NCBI GenBank assembly: GCA_964016885.1
Contig: OZ024741.1
Coordinates: 253,022,001-253,086,000 of the forward strand
Origin: Eledone cirrhosa
Lineage: Eukaryota
Reading direction: 5' to 3'
Length of the DNA: 64,000 bases
The notes beneath the pieces were generated by a model, which searched no databases, was not told the origin of the DNA, and saw only the letters and a program-made list of their open reading frames with translations. Below, one piece after another: positions 36,984-50,900 of this stretch (position 1 is its first letter; every line of letters begins with the position of its first letter). Both the position numbers and the translations under genes were made by a program.

Positions 36984-37451
36984 ATAACATCTTAATAATA
37001 AAATATTGAATAATCTTGATATGCATGTCTTGGGGTATTTTAAACCTGGAACATCCCCTTCCCTCTCCAGGTCTCAACTAAACTGATTTCTTCCAGTGAA
37101 GGAGAGTGAGAGAATGGAAGTGAGAAAAGATATATCGGAAGAATCAACCTCAATACTAAACTGGTACTTTTTAAAATCTACCTTCATAGGATTAAAGGCA
37201 AAATTGACTTCGGTAAGTTTTGAAGTCAGAATGTAGAGAACCAGAACAAATGCCACAAAGCATTCTATCCAATGTTCTCACAAATTTGCCATTTTTAATA
37301 ATCTTAATAAATCTTTCTAAATTGTTTTTTTAATTAACTGAAATACAGTGAATTTAATTTAAAATATTGTTATGAAAGGGTTAATGTTGTTTTCTCCTCC
37401 CTGACCATGAGATCAATTGTGTCTATTCTCTCAACCCCCAATATCAGTTAT

Positions 37452-37615
37452 TGTCTGTCACACTGTCACATTGTCACACAGTCACATTGTTACATTGTCA
37501 CAGTCACAGTTACACTGTCACATTGACACATTGTCAATTGTACGTTGTTACATTGTCACAGTCACACTGTCACAGTCACACTGTCACAGTCACACTGTCA
37601 CAGTCACACAGTCAT
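37452..37615. repeat. ctgtcacagtcaca-type minisatellite
   Basis: Directly visible. Confidence 0.85.
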
Positions 37616-38002
37616 TCTGTGTCATTTTCAATTGTCACTCCTCTGTACTTCAACTGTTTTTTTTTAATCTAGAATTAACAGCTAAACCTCCCCCAAATCA
37701 CAGACTACTATCTTAGATAATAAGGCACATGAGATAATGTGGTCTTGAGTTCCTTTCTCATAAGAAAAAGAACCCAGAATTTTTATGGCTGGAATACCAA
37801 TCAAGGATCAGCATGACCTAAACAACTGCTATTAACCATTTATAAAGATCCTCAGAGAATTACTGTGCCTACTGTTGGATTTTGCTGCTACTTCACACAG
37901 ACACACTAGACCACAGCTAGGGAAAGGACTCTCAACTGATTGACTGTCACCTAGATATGTTCCAACCATATGCAGACTCCTCTTTCTCACTAAGTCTCTC
38001 GT

Positions 38003-38035
<33 letters not shown>

Positions 38036-38162
38036 CCCCTCTCTCCCTGTCTTTCTCACTAATATTACAAGGAGCTTTGCTTCATGAAGCTGGCTGAGGT
38101 AATGTCATATTCACTCAGACACTACCAACTCCATCTGCTGATATTATGCACCTAAACCCCAT

Positions 38163-38500
38163 GTAGATGCAGTATAGCTGACTGGTTAAAAGGTTTTCTT
38201 CACTATCATCAGGTGCTGGGTTCGATCCTACTTGGATGGCATCTTGTTGAAATATCATTTACTATAACCTTGTGATAACCTATGACTTGCGAGTAAAATT
38301 GGGTAGATGGAAACTGTTTGAAAGCCTATTAAGTAGACTATACCTGTAATTCAAAGGTCCAGCCTTGTCACACACTGTGTCATACTGAATCTCCCTGAGA
38401 TTTTTATTAAGGATACACATGTCTGTGGAGTGCTAAGCCACTTACACATTAATATAGTGAACAGGCTGTTCTATTCATCAAACAACAGCAACACTCATTG
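38163..38500 (+). mobile_element. Old tRNA-derived SINE
   Basis: A box tagctgactggtta and B box ggttcgatcc; body gggtagatggaaactg..aagcc. Confidence 0.6.
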
Positions 38501-39194
38501 TCAAAACCAATGGAAGTCCCTCAAGGTCCTAGGCCCCACATTAACCCCTATGTCCAGTCATTTCCTTCAAGAAAGTAACTCCTCAGACATTCCCTACCTA
38601 TGCGTATTTTTAGCAGTCATCAACTTGTTAAGTAGGACGTTAACTCCACTAAATCTTATTAATCATAGCAAGCCTGTGACAGCCATGAGTACAATGATCA
38701 CATAATATCAGACAAACAATAATGAACAAACGTGTGTTTTGTTATTGTCAAGTATTTTAATCTTGGCCACAAACTCAAGCACTACAACTTGTAATTCAGA
38801 AAAGTAGAAGCTAGCCAAATCCTGGGACCTGCCACTTTATTTTTATTCCAGTTGCCATTAGTCTCCTTGGTTTCTGAACTGCTGTCTTTCTCTGCAAAAC
38901 TAGGGAGAACGCATCCTCCCTGAAGAAGGAGCTTTATGAGGAGGAATGGCTGATGTAGTGGGTGTTACTGGCTGTCCTCTGTGGCAATACCTTTGCCATT
39001 TTGTCTGCAGGGCACAGCTGAGATATACTACCAAGACTGGGGTGTAAAGTCTGCCTCTCCTTCCCTTTACTCTCATTGTTTAATTTTGGGGCTATTTTTT
39101 CATTACAAACATTATATAATTTAATCTAAATTTGTCAAATAAAATTATCTTGAAATTATCTTGTCTTGCTATTTTGATAAACTAGATTCTAATA

Positions 39195-39308
39195 TTTCTG
39201 TACAGTGTAAATAAAAAGACGCTGTATGAGCAAGACATGATCACTTGGCCTGGCATTTCTCACAACAGGATAACTCATCTAACCCATGGAAAAATGGATG
39301 TTAAACAG

Positions 39309-39342
<34 letters not shown>
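39195..39342 (+). mobile_element. Old RTE/SINE tail fragment with (GAT)n
   Basis: ctgtatgagcaagacatg..tctaacccatgg..gttaaacagtgatgatg. Confidence 0.6.
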
Positions 39343-39567
39343 AAAAGATTTTCACCATCTAGACAAAAGTTTAGGAAAAGTGAATAACAGGTCACTAATA
39401 GGTTAATGAAGTGTTCTCTCTGGGTCATGAACCTTTTCAAATTTTTTATATAAGATTTGATAATATATGTATATATAAATAAGACTATATAAATATATTA
39501 GCTAGAACATAACCAAATCAAAATTAAACCCATGTCAAATGCAAACACAAACCACAATCCTACAATC

Positions 39568-39599
<32 letters not shown>

Positions 39600-41668
39600 G
39601 GTTTAGCGTCCGTGTTCCACGCTTGCATGGGTTTGGACGGGGGTTTTCCCACTTGAAGCAAGAGTGGTTGTCTTGCTCGCATAGGACTATCTGGCGGGTT
39701 TTCTACAGCTGGATGCCCTTCCTAACACCAACCACATTTACAGTGTGGGGCTGGGAGGTTTTTACCGTGTTGCCTACACGGCCACATTTACAGCGTGGAC
39801 TGTGTGTTTTTTTGTCGTGACACCGACACGATCTCATTTGTTTCGGCCTGGATGTTGTGGGACCAACATAACTTTACATTGAAAGGGGCGGTGTGGATGG
39901 GGTGGAGGTGGTGGGACGGGGGTGTGTTTTGATAGAGATGCCTACTGACTGTAGTGGGTTTTTACTTTGTATTTAGGTAAGGCGGGTCTTCTCTATTACT
40001 GAGTACCGCCAAAGGTCTCGGTCCAGTGACATTGTCTTGGAGAGGTGTAAGCGTGTGAGGTCGGAATTTATCATGTCGTCCCAGGTTTTTCTGGGTCTGC
40101 CTACTCCGTGGCTACCGTCTATCTTTATTGCCCTGCACTTTGTTATACAGCTGTCGTCTTTCATGCGCATCACGTGACCGTACCAACGTAGCCTTCTCTC
40201 GAGTAAACAACATCTGATCCCTCTTATTTCTAATTTTTTCCTTAGTTCGTTTATGCTTAGCCGTTCACGTATATTACTATTGCACATCCAGCGGAGCATG
40301 CAAGCTTCGTTCCTCTCTAGTCTGCGTATATCCTCTGCACACAATGCCCAGGTCTCACTGCCATGCAGCATTGCTGTTCGTATGCAGGCATCATATAACC
40401 TGCCTTTCATTTTTAGGGAGAACCCTCTAACGGCTAATAGTGGTATAAGCTCTCTGAACTTTTTCCATCCAGTTCTGACTCTAGCTACTGTACTTTCAGA
40501 GCACCCTCCCCCACTGCTGATTTTGTCACCCAGGTAACGGAAGCTGTCCACTATTTCTATAGAACCCTCTGCGCAATTGAAAGAGCTAGTATTTAGTGGG
40601 CACTTGCTGCTACTTATTGCACCAGAGCACCGACCACATGTAAAATCTATGTTCTTAGTTAGCTTACCTGTGATCCCACTACATCTTTTATGCACCCATA
40701 CTTTGCATTGGCGACATAAAATGGAGTTTCTACCTACGCCTTTCCTACACACTGAGCATGGCCATTTCCCGGAAGGGACCGCTGCCTTATTTTCTTTCCT
40801 ACAAACTAGAACTTTAGTCTTAGCCAGGTTAATTTTAAGGCCTTTTGATTCTAGGCCGTGCTTCCATGTTTGGAATTTCTTCTCTAGTTCGGTCATTGAT
40901 TCAGCTATGAGCGTTAGATCGTCTGCGTATAGGAGTTCCCATGGGCAGCCGGTCTTGAACTCCTCTGTTATAGCCTGAAGGGCAATAATAAATAGTAGGG
41001 GGCTAAGAACAGAGCCCTGATGGACACCAACTTTTATGCTAAACTCTTCACTATATTCGTTGTTAATTCTAACCTTACTGACTGTTTCTTTATACATGGC
41101 TTGTATGGCTCTCACAAGCCATTCAACACCTAGTTTTCTAAGAGCCCACCAGATAATGGAACGGGGGACTCTGTCGAAGGCTTTCTCCAAGTCGACAAAA
41201 GCTAAGTATAGGGGTTTACTTTTAGCTAGGTACTTCTCCTGTAGTTGTCGTACAATGAAAAGAGCGTCTGTGGTACTTTTACCTGAGACAAACCCGAACT
41301 GCATTTCATCTAGATCAATTCTCTCTCTGATTAGTTGCGCTATTACTTTTTCCTTGACCTTCATGACCTGGTCGATTAATTTAATGCCTCTATAGTTACT
41401 CCTATCTAGGGCATCTCCTTTTCCCTTATAGCAGTTAACGATGATGCTGCTACGCCAGTCCTTCGGAACAACCCCATTCTGTACGACTTGGTTAACTATC
41501 CGGGTGACCATGGTGTGTCCCACCGAACCAGATGCCTTCAGCATCTCAGCAACTATTTCCGAAGGCCCAGCTGCCTTACCCGTCTTCATATCTTTGATTG
41601 CCTTACTTATTGTACTACCCTCGACTAACACTGCTGGTCCCTCTATTGGGTCGATGTGGGGGAGACTG
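39568..41668 (-). mobile_element. 5'-truncated RTE LINE, second long-UTR family
   Basis: Uninterrupted RT frame (NYRGIKL, DLEKAFDRV, QGSVLSP, YADD); 3' UTR and (GAT)n tail. Confidence 0.95.
39973..41668 (-). CDS. RTE reverse transcriptase with PHD-like finger (5'-truncated open frame; the first ~46 aa of the 611-aa track ORF are flanking DNA)
   Basis: ORF 39973..41808; RTE homology starts at SLPHIDPIEGP. Confidence 0.7.
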
Positions 41669-41941
41669 TCAATCTTACCCAAAAATTGCCATAAATTAAA
41701 TTCAAATACGTTCTTCAAAACCATACTCCAGTATTCACAAAAAAAAAACAAAAAAAAGAGGCACAACCAGCCAGCTCTAATTACTAGTATGATGATGACA
41801 AATGTCATCGGGCTGCTGCTGTCATACTAGGTAATTTCTATATTAATCTATAGTAAATGCTACTCCGTTATGTAATTGACATCAGACTCAAACATAATCA
41901 GTACAATCACCAGAAACTACCATCAACACCAACCTTTATAA

Positions 41942-44900
41942 AACCTGACAGAGAATACAGACAGACATTGAAGTAAATTGTATGGTCAACTGCCAGAACC
42001 TGACCTAGAATACAGACAGACACTGAAGTAAATTGTATGGTCAACTACCAGAACCTGACCTAGCATACAGACAGACACTGAAGTAAATTGTATGGTCAAC
42101 TACAAGAACCTGATCTAGAATACAGACAGACACTGAAGTAAATTGTATGGTCAACTAGCAGAACCTGACCTACAATACAGACAGACACTGAAGTAAATTG
42201 TATGGTCAACTGCCAGAACCTGACCTAGAATACAGACAGACACTGAAGTAAATTGTATGGTCAACTACCAGAACCTGACCTACAATACAGACAGACACTG
42301 AAGTAAATTGTATGGTCAACTACCAGAACCTGACCTACAATACAGACAGACACTGAAGTAAATTGTATGGTCAACTACCAGAACCTGATCTAGAATACAG
42401 ACAGACACTGAAGTAAATTGTATGGTCAACTAGCAGAACCTGACCTAGCATACAGACAGACACTGAAGTAAATTGTATGGTCAACTGCCAGAACCTGACC
42501 TAGAATACAGACAGACACTGAAGTAAATTGTATGGTCAACTACCAGAACCTGACCTAGAATACAGACAGACACTGAAGTAAGTTGTATGGTCAACTACCA
42601 GAACCTGACCTACAATACAGACAGACACTGAAGTAAATTGTATGGTCAACTACCAGAACCTGATCTAGAATACAGACAGACACTGAAGTAAATTGTATGG
42701 TCAACTACCAGAACCTGACCTACAATACAGACAGACACTGAAGTAATTTGTATGGTCAACTAGCAGAACCTGATCTAGAATACAGACAGACACTAAAGTA
42801 AATTGTATGGTCAACTACCAGAACCTGACCTAGAATACAGACAGACACTGAAGTAAATTGTATGGTCAACTACCAAAACATGACCTAGAATACAGACAGA
42901 CACTGAAGTAAATTGTATGGTCAACTACCAGAACCTGACCTACAATACAGACAGCCACTGAAGTAAATTGTATGGTCAACTACCAGAACCTGACCTACAA
43001 TACAGACAGACACTGAAGTAAATTGTATGGTCAACTAGCAGAACCTGACCTAGAATACAGACAGACACTGAAGTAAATTGTATGGTCAACTACCAGAACC
43101 TGACCTACAATACAGACAGACACTGAAGTAAATTGTATGGTCAACTAGCAGAACCTGACATAGAATACAGACAGACACTGAAGTAAATTGTATGGTCAAC
43201 TACCAGAACCTGACCTACAATACAGACAGCCACTGAAGTAAATTGTATGGTCAACTACCAGAACCTGACCTAGAATACAGACAGACACTGAAGTAAATTG
43301 TATGGTCAACTAGCAGAACCTGACCTAGAATACAGACAGACACTGAAGTAAATTGTATGGTCAACTACCAGAACCTGACCTACAATACAGACAGACACTG
43401 AAGTAAATTGTATGGTCAACTAGCAGAACCTGACATAGAATACAGACAGACACTGAAGTAAATTGTATGGTCAACTACCAGAACCTGACCTAGAATACAG
43501 ACAGACACTGAAGTAAATTGTATGGTCAACTACCAGAACCTGACCTACAATACAGACAGACACTGAAGTAAATTGTATGGTCAACTACCAAAACCTGACC
43601 TAGAATACAGACAGACACTGAAGTAAATTGTATGGTCAACTACCAGAACCTGACCTACAATACAGACAGACACTGAAGTAGATTGTATGGTCAACTACCA
43701 AAACCTGACCTAGAATACAGACAGACACTGAAGTAAGTTGTATGGTCAACTACCAGAACCTGACCTAGAATACAGACAGACACTGAAGTAAATTGTATGG
43801 TCAACTACCAAAACCTGACCTAGAATACAGACAGACACTGAAGTAAATTGTATGGTCAACTACCAAAACCTGACCTAGAATACAGACAGACACTGAAGTA
43901 AATTGTATGGTCAACTACCAGAACCTGACCTACAATACAGACAGCCACTGAAGTAAATTGTATGGTCAACTACCAGAACCTGACCTAGAATACAGACAGA
44001 CACTGGAGTAAATTCTATGGTCAACTAGCAGAACCGGACCTAGAATACAGACAGACACTGAAGTAAATTGTATGGTCAACTACCAGAACCTGACCTACAA
44101 TACAGACAGACACTGAAGTAAATTGTATGGTCAACTAGCAGAACCTGACATAGAATACAGACAGACACTGAAGTAAATTGTATGGTCAACTACCAGAACC
44201 TGACCTAGAATACAGACAGACACTGAAGTAAATTGTATGGTCAACTACCAGAACCTGACCTACAATACAGACAGACACTGACGTAAATTGTATGGTCAAC
44301 TAGCAGAACCTGACATTGAATACAGACAGACACTGAAGTAAATTGTATGGTCAACTACCAGAACCTGACCTAGAATACAGACAGACACTGAAGTAAATTG
44401 TATGGTCAACTACCAAAACCTGACCTAGAATACAGACAGACACTGAAGTAAATTGTATGGTCAACTACCAGAACCTGACCTAGAATACAGACAGACACTG
44501 AAGTAAATTGTATGGTCAACTACCAGAACCTGACCTACAATACAGACAGACACTGAAGTAAATTGTATGGTCAACTAGCAGAACCTGACATAGAATACAG
44601 ACAGACACTGAAGTAAATTGTATGGTCAACTACCAGAACCTGACCTAGAATACAGACAGACACTGAAGTAAATTGTATGGTCAACTACCAAAACCTGACC
44701 TAGAATACAGACAGACACTGAAGTAAATTGTATGGTCAACTACCAGAACCTGACCTACAATACAGACAGACACTGAAGTAAATTGTATGGTCAACTAGCA
44801 GAACCTGACATAGAATACAGACAGACACTGAAGTAAATTGTATGGTCAACTACTAGAACCTGACCTAGAATACAGACAGACACTGAAGTAAATTGTATGG

Positions 44901-47900
44901 TCAACTACCAGAACCTGACATAGAATACAGACAGACACTGAAGTAAATTGTATGGTCAACTACTAGAACCTGACATAGAATACAGACAGACACTGAAGTG
45001 AATTGTATGGTCAGCTACTAGAACCTGACCTAGAATACAGACAGACACTGAAGTAAATTGTATGGTCAACTACCAGAACCTGACCTAGAATACAGACAGA
45101 CACTGAAGTAAATTGTATGGTCAACTAGCAGAACCTGACCTACAATACAGACAGACACTGAAGTAAATTGTATGGTCAACTACTAGAACCTGACCTAGAA
45201 TACAGACAGACACTGAAGTAAATTGTATGGTCAACTACTAGACCCTGACCTAGAATACAGACAGACACTGAAGTAAATTGTATGGTCAACTACCAGAACC
45301 TGACCTACAATACAGACAGACACTGAAGTAAATTGTATGGTCAACTACCAGAACCTGACCTAGAATACAGACAGACACTGAAGTAAATTGTATGGTCAAC
45401 TACCAAAACCTGACCTACAATACAGACAGACACTGAAGTAAATTGTATGGTCAACTACCAAAACCTGACCTAGAATACAGACAGAAACTGAAGTAAATTG
45501 TATGGTCAACTAGCAGAACCTGACATAGAATACAGACAGACACTGAAGTAAATTGTATGGTCAACTACCAGAACCTGACCTACAATACAGACAGACACTG
45601 AAGTAAATTGTATGGTCAACTACCAGAACCTGACCTAGAATACAGACAGACACTGAAGTAAACTGTATGGTCAACTAGCAGAACCTGACCTAGAATACAG
45701 ACAGACACTGAAGTAAATTGTATGGTCAACTAGCAGAACCTGATCTAGAATACAGACAGACACTGAAGTAAATTGTATGGTCAACTACCAGAACCTGACC
45801 TACAATACAGACAGACACTGAAGTAAATTGTATGGTCAACTAGCAGAACCTGACCTACAATACAGACAGACACTGAAGTAAATTGTATGGTCAACTACCA
45901 GAACCTGACCTACAATACAGACAGACACTTAAGTAAATTGTATGGTCAACTACCAGAACCTGACCTAGAATACAGACAGACACTGAAGTAAATTGTATGG
46001 TCAACTAGCAGAACCTGACATAGAATACAGACAGACACTGAAGTAAATTGTATGGTCAACTACTAGAACCTGACATAGAATACAGACAGACACTGAAGTA
46101 AATTGTATGGTCAACTAGCAGAACCTGACCTAGAATACAGACAGACACTGAAGTAAATTGTATGGTCAACTACCAGAACCTGACATAGAATACAGACAGA
46201 CACTGAAGTAAATTGTATGGTCAACTAGCAGAACCTGACCTAGAATACAGACAGCCACTGAAGTAAATTGTATGGTCAACTACCAGAACCTGACCTAGAA
46301 TACAGACAGACACTGAAGTAAATTGTATGGTCAACTACTAGAACCTGACATAGAATACAGACAGACACTGAAGTAAATTGTATGGTCAACTAGCAGAACC
46401 TGACAAAGAATACAGACAGACACTGAAGTAAATTGTATGGTCAACTACTAGAACCTGACATAGAATACAGACAGACACTGAAGTAAATTGTATGGTCAAC
46501 TACCAGAACCTGACCTAGAATACAGACAGACACTGAAGTAAATTGTATGGTCAACTAGCAGAACCTGACCTACAATACAGACAGACACTGAAGTAAATTG
46601 TATGGTCAACTACTAGAACCTGACCTAGAATACAGACAGAGACTGAAGTAAATTGTATGGTCAACTACCAAAACCTGACCTAGAATACAGACAGACACTG
46701 AAGTAAATTGTATGGTCAACTACCAGAACCTGACCTACAATACAGACAGACACTGAAGTAAATTGTATGGTCAACTACCAGAATCTGACCTAGAATACAG
46801 ACAGACACTGAAGTAAATTGTATGGTCAACTACTAGAACCTGACCTAGAATACAGACAGACACTGAAGTAAATTGTATGGTCAACTACCAGAATCTGACC
46901 TAGAATACAGACAGACACTGAAGTAAATTGTATGGTCAACTAGCAGAACCTGACCTAGAATACAGACAGACACTGAAGTAAATTGTATGGTCAACGACCA
47001 GAACCTGACCTACAATACAGCCAGACACCGAAGTAAATTGTATGGTCAACTACCAGAACCTGACCTACAATACAGACAGACACTGAAGTAAATTGTATGG
47101 TCAACTAGCAGAACCTGACATAGAATACAGACAGACACTGAAGTAAATTGTATGGTCAACTACTAGAACCTGACCTAGAATACAGACAGACACTGAAGTA
47201 AATTGTATGGTCAACTACCAGAACCTGACATAGAATACAGACAGACACTGAAGTAAATTGTATGGTCAACTACTAGAACCTGACATAGAATACAGACAGA
47301 CACTGAAGTAAATTGTATGGTCAACTACTAGAACCTGACCTAGAATACAGACAGACACTGAAGTAAATTGTATGGTCAACTACCAGAACCTGACCTAGAA
47401 TACAGACAGACACTGAAGTAAATTGTATGGTCAACTAGCAGAACCTGACCTACAATACAGACAGACACTGAAGTAAATTGTATGGTCAACTACTAGAACC
47501 TGACCTAGAATACAGACAGACACTGAAGTAAATTGTATGGTCAACTACTAGAACCTGACCTAGAATACAGACAGACACTGAAGTAAATTGTATGGTCAAC
47601 TACCAGAACCTGACCTACAATACAGACAGACACTGAAGTAAATTGTATGGTCAACTACCAGAACCTGACCTAGAATACAGACAGACACTGAAGTAAATTG
47701 TATGGTCAACTACCAAAACCTGACCTACAATACAGACAGACACTGAAGTAAATTGTATGGTCAACTACCAAAACCTGACCTAGAATACAGACAGACACTG
47801 AAGTAAATTGTATGGTCAACTAGCAGAACCTGACATAGAATACAGACAGACACTGAAGTAAATTGTATGGTCAACTACCAGAACCTGACCTACAATACAG

Positions 47901-50900
47901 ACAGACACTGAAGTAAATTGTATGGTCAACTACCAGAACCTGACCTAGAATACAGACAGACACTGAAGTAAACTGTATGGTCAACTAGCAGAACCTGACC
48001 TAGAATACAGACAGACACTGAAGTAAATTGTATGGTCAACTAGCAGAACCTGATCTAGAATACAGACAGACACTGAAGTAAATTGTATGGTCAACTACGA
48101 GAACCAGACCTACAATACAGACAGACACTGAAGTAAATTGTATGGTCAACTACCAAAACCTGACCTAGAATACAGACAGACACTGAAGTAAATTGTATGG
48201 TCACCTACCAAAACCTGACCTAGAATACAGACAGACACTGAAGTAAATTGTATGGTCAACTACCAGAACCTGACCTACAATACAGACAGACACTGAAGTA
48301 AATTGTATGGTCAACTAGCAGAACCTGACATAGAATACAGACAGACACTGAAGTAAATTGTATGGTCAACTACTAGAACCTGACATAGAATACAGACAGA
48401 CACTGAAGTAAATTGTATGGTCAACTAGCAGAACCTGACGAAGAATACAGACAGACACTGAAGTAAATTGTATGGTCAACTAGCAGAACCTGACATAGAA
48501 TACAGACAGACACTGAAGTAAATTGTATGGTCAACTACCAAAACCTGACCTAGAATACAGACAGACACTGAAATAAATTGTATGGTCAACTACTAGAACC
48601 TGACATAGAATACAGACAGACACTGAAGTAAATTGTATGGTCAACTACCAGAACCTGACCTAGAATACAGACAGACACTGAAGTAAATTGTATGGTCAAC
48701 TAGCAGAACCTGACCTACAATACAGACAGACACTGAAGTAAATTGTATGGTCAACTACTAGAACCTGACCTAGAATACAGACAGAGACTGAAGTAAATTG
48801 TATGGTCAACTACCAAAACCTGACCTAGAATACAGACAGACACTGAAGTAAATTGTATGGTCAACTACCAGAACCTGACCTACAATACAGACAGACACTG
48901 AAGTAAATTGTATGGTCAACTACCAGAATCTGACCTAGAATACAGACAGACACTGAAGTAAATTGTATGGTCAACTAGCAGAACCTGACATAGAATACAG
49001 ACAGACACTGAAGTAAATTGTATGGTCAACTACCAGAACCTGACCTAGAATACAGACAGACACTGAAGTAAATTGTATGGTCAACTACCAGAACCTGACC
49101 TACAATAGGGACAGACACTGAAGTAAATTGTATGGTCAACTACCAAAACCTGACCTAGAATACAGACAGACACTGAAGTAAATTGTATGGTCAACTACCA
49201 GAACCTGACCTACAATACAGACAGACACTGAAGTAAATTGTATGGTCAACTACCAAAACCTGACCTAGAATACAGACAGACACTGAAGTAAGTTGTATGG
49301 TCAACTACCAGAACCTGACCTAGAATACAGACAGACACTGAAGTAAATTGTATGGTCAACTACCAAAACCTGACCTAGAATACAGACAGACACTGAAGTA
49401 AATTGTATGGTCAACTACCAAAACCTGACCTAGAATACAGACAGACACTGAAGTAAATTGTATGGTCAACTACCAGAACCTGACCTACAATACAGACAGA
49501 CACTGAAGTAAATTCTATGGTCAACTAGCAGAACCTGACCTAGAATACAGACAGACACTGAAGTAAATTCTATGGTCAACTAGCAGAACCTGACCTAGAA
49601 TACAGACAGACACTGAAGTAAATTGTATGGTCAACGACCAGAACCTGACCTACAATACAGACAGACACTGAAGTAAATTGTATGGTCAACTAGCAGAACC
49701 TGACATAGAATACAGACAGACACTGAAGTAAATTGTATGGTCAACTACCAGAACCTGACCTAGAATACAGACAGACACTGAAGTAAATTGTATGGTCAAC
49801 TACCAGAACCTGACCTAGAATACAGACAGACACTGAAGTAAATTGTATGGTCAACTACCAGAACCTGACCTACAATACAGACAGACACTGAAGTAAATTG
49901 TATGGTCAACTAGCAGAACCTGACATAGAATACAGACAGACACTGAAGTAAATTGTATGGTCAACTACTAGAACCTGACCTAGAATACAGACAGACACTG
50001 AAGTAAATTGTATGGTCAACTACCAGAACCTGACATAGAATACAGACAGACACTGAAGTAAATTGTATGGTCAACTACTAGAACCTGACATAGAATACAG
50101 ACAGACACTGAAGTAAATTGTATGGTCAACTACTAGAACCTGACCTAGAATACAGACAGACACTGAAGTAAATTGTATGGTCAACTACCAGAACCTGACC
50201 TAGAATACAGACAGACACTGAAGTAAATTGTATGGTCAACTAGCAGAACCTGACCTACAATACAGACAGACACTGAAGTAAATTGTATGGTCAACTACTA
50301 GAACCTGACCTAGAATACAGACAGACACTGAAGTAAATTGTATGGTCAACTACTAGAACCTGACCTAGAATACAGACAGACACTGAAGTAAATTGTATGG
50401 TCAACTACCAGAACCTGACCTACAATACAGACAGACACTGAAGTAAATTGTATGGTCAACTACCAGAACCTGACCTAGAATACAGACAGACACTGAAGTA
50501 AATTGTATGGTCAACTACCAAAACCTGACCTACAATACAGACAGACACTGAAGTAAATTGTATGGTCAACTACCAAAACCTGACCTAGAATACAGACAGA
50601 CACTGAAGTAAATTGTATGGTCAACTAGCAGAACCTGACATAGAATACAGACAGACACTGAAGTAAATTGTATGGTCAACTACCAGAACCTGACCTACAA
50701 TACAGACAGACACTGAAGTAAATTGTATGGTCAACTACCAGAACCTGACCTAGAATACAGACAGACACTGAAGTAAACTGTATGGTCAACTAGCAGAACC
50801 TGACCTAGAATACAGACAGACACTGAAGTAAATTGTATGGTCAACTAGCAGAACCTGATCTAGAATACAGACAGACACTGAAGTAAATTGTATGGTCAAC

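Noticed and set aside
42000-42060. Nuclear-receptor response elements (TGGTCA-N12-TGACCT) in the satellite
   Set aside because: The spacing is non-canonical and the half-site is frequently mutated among monomers.
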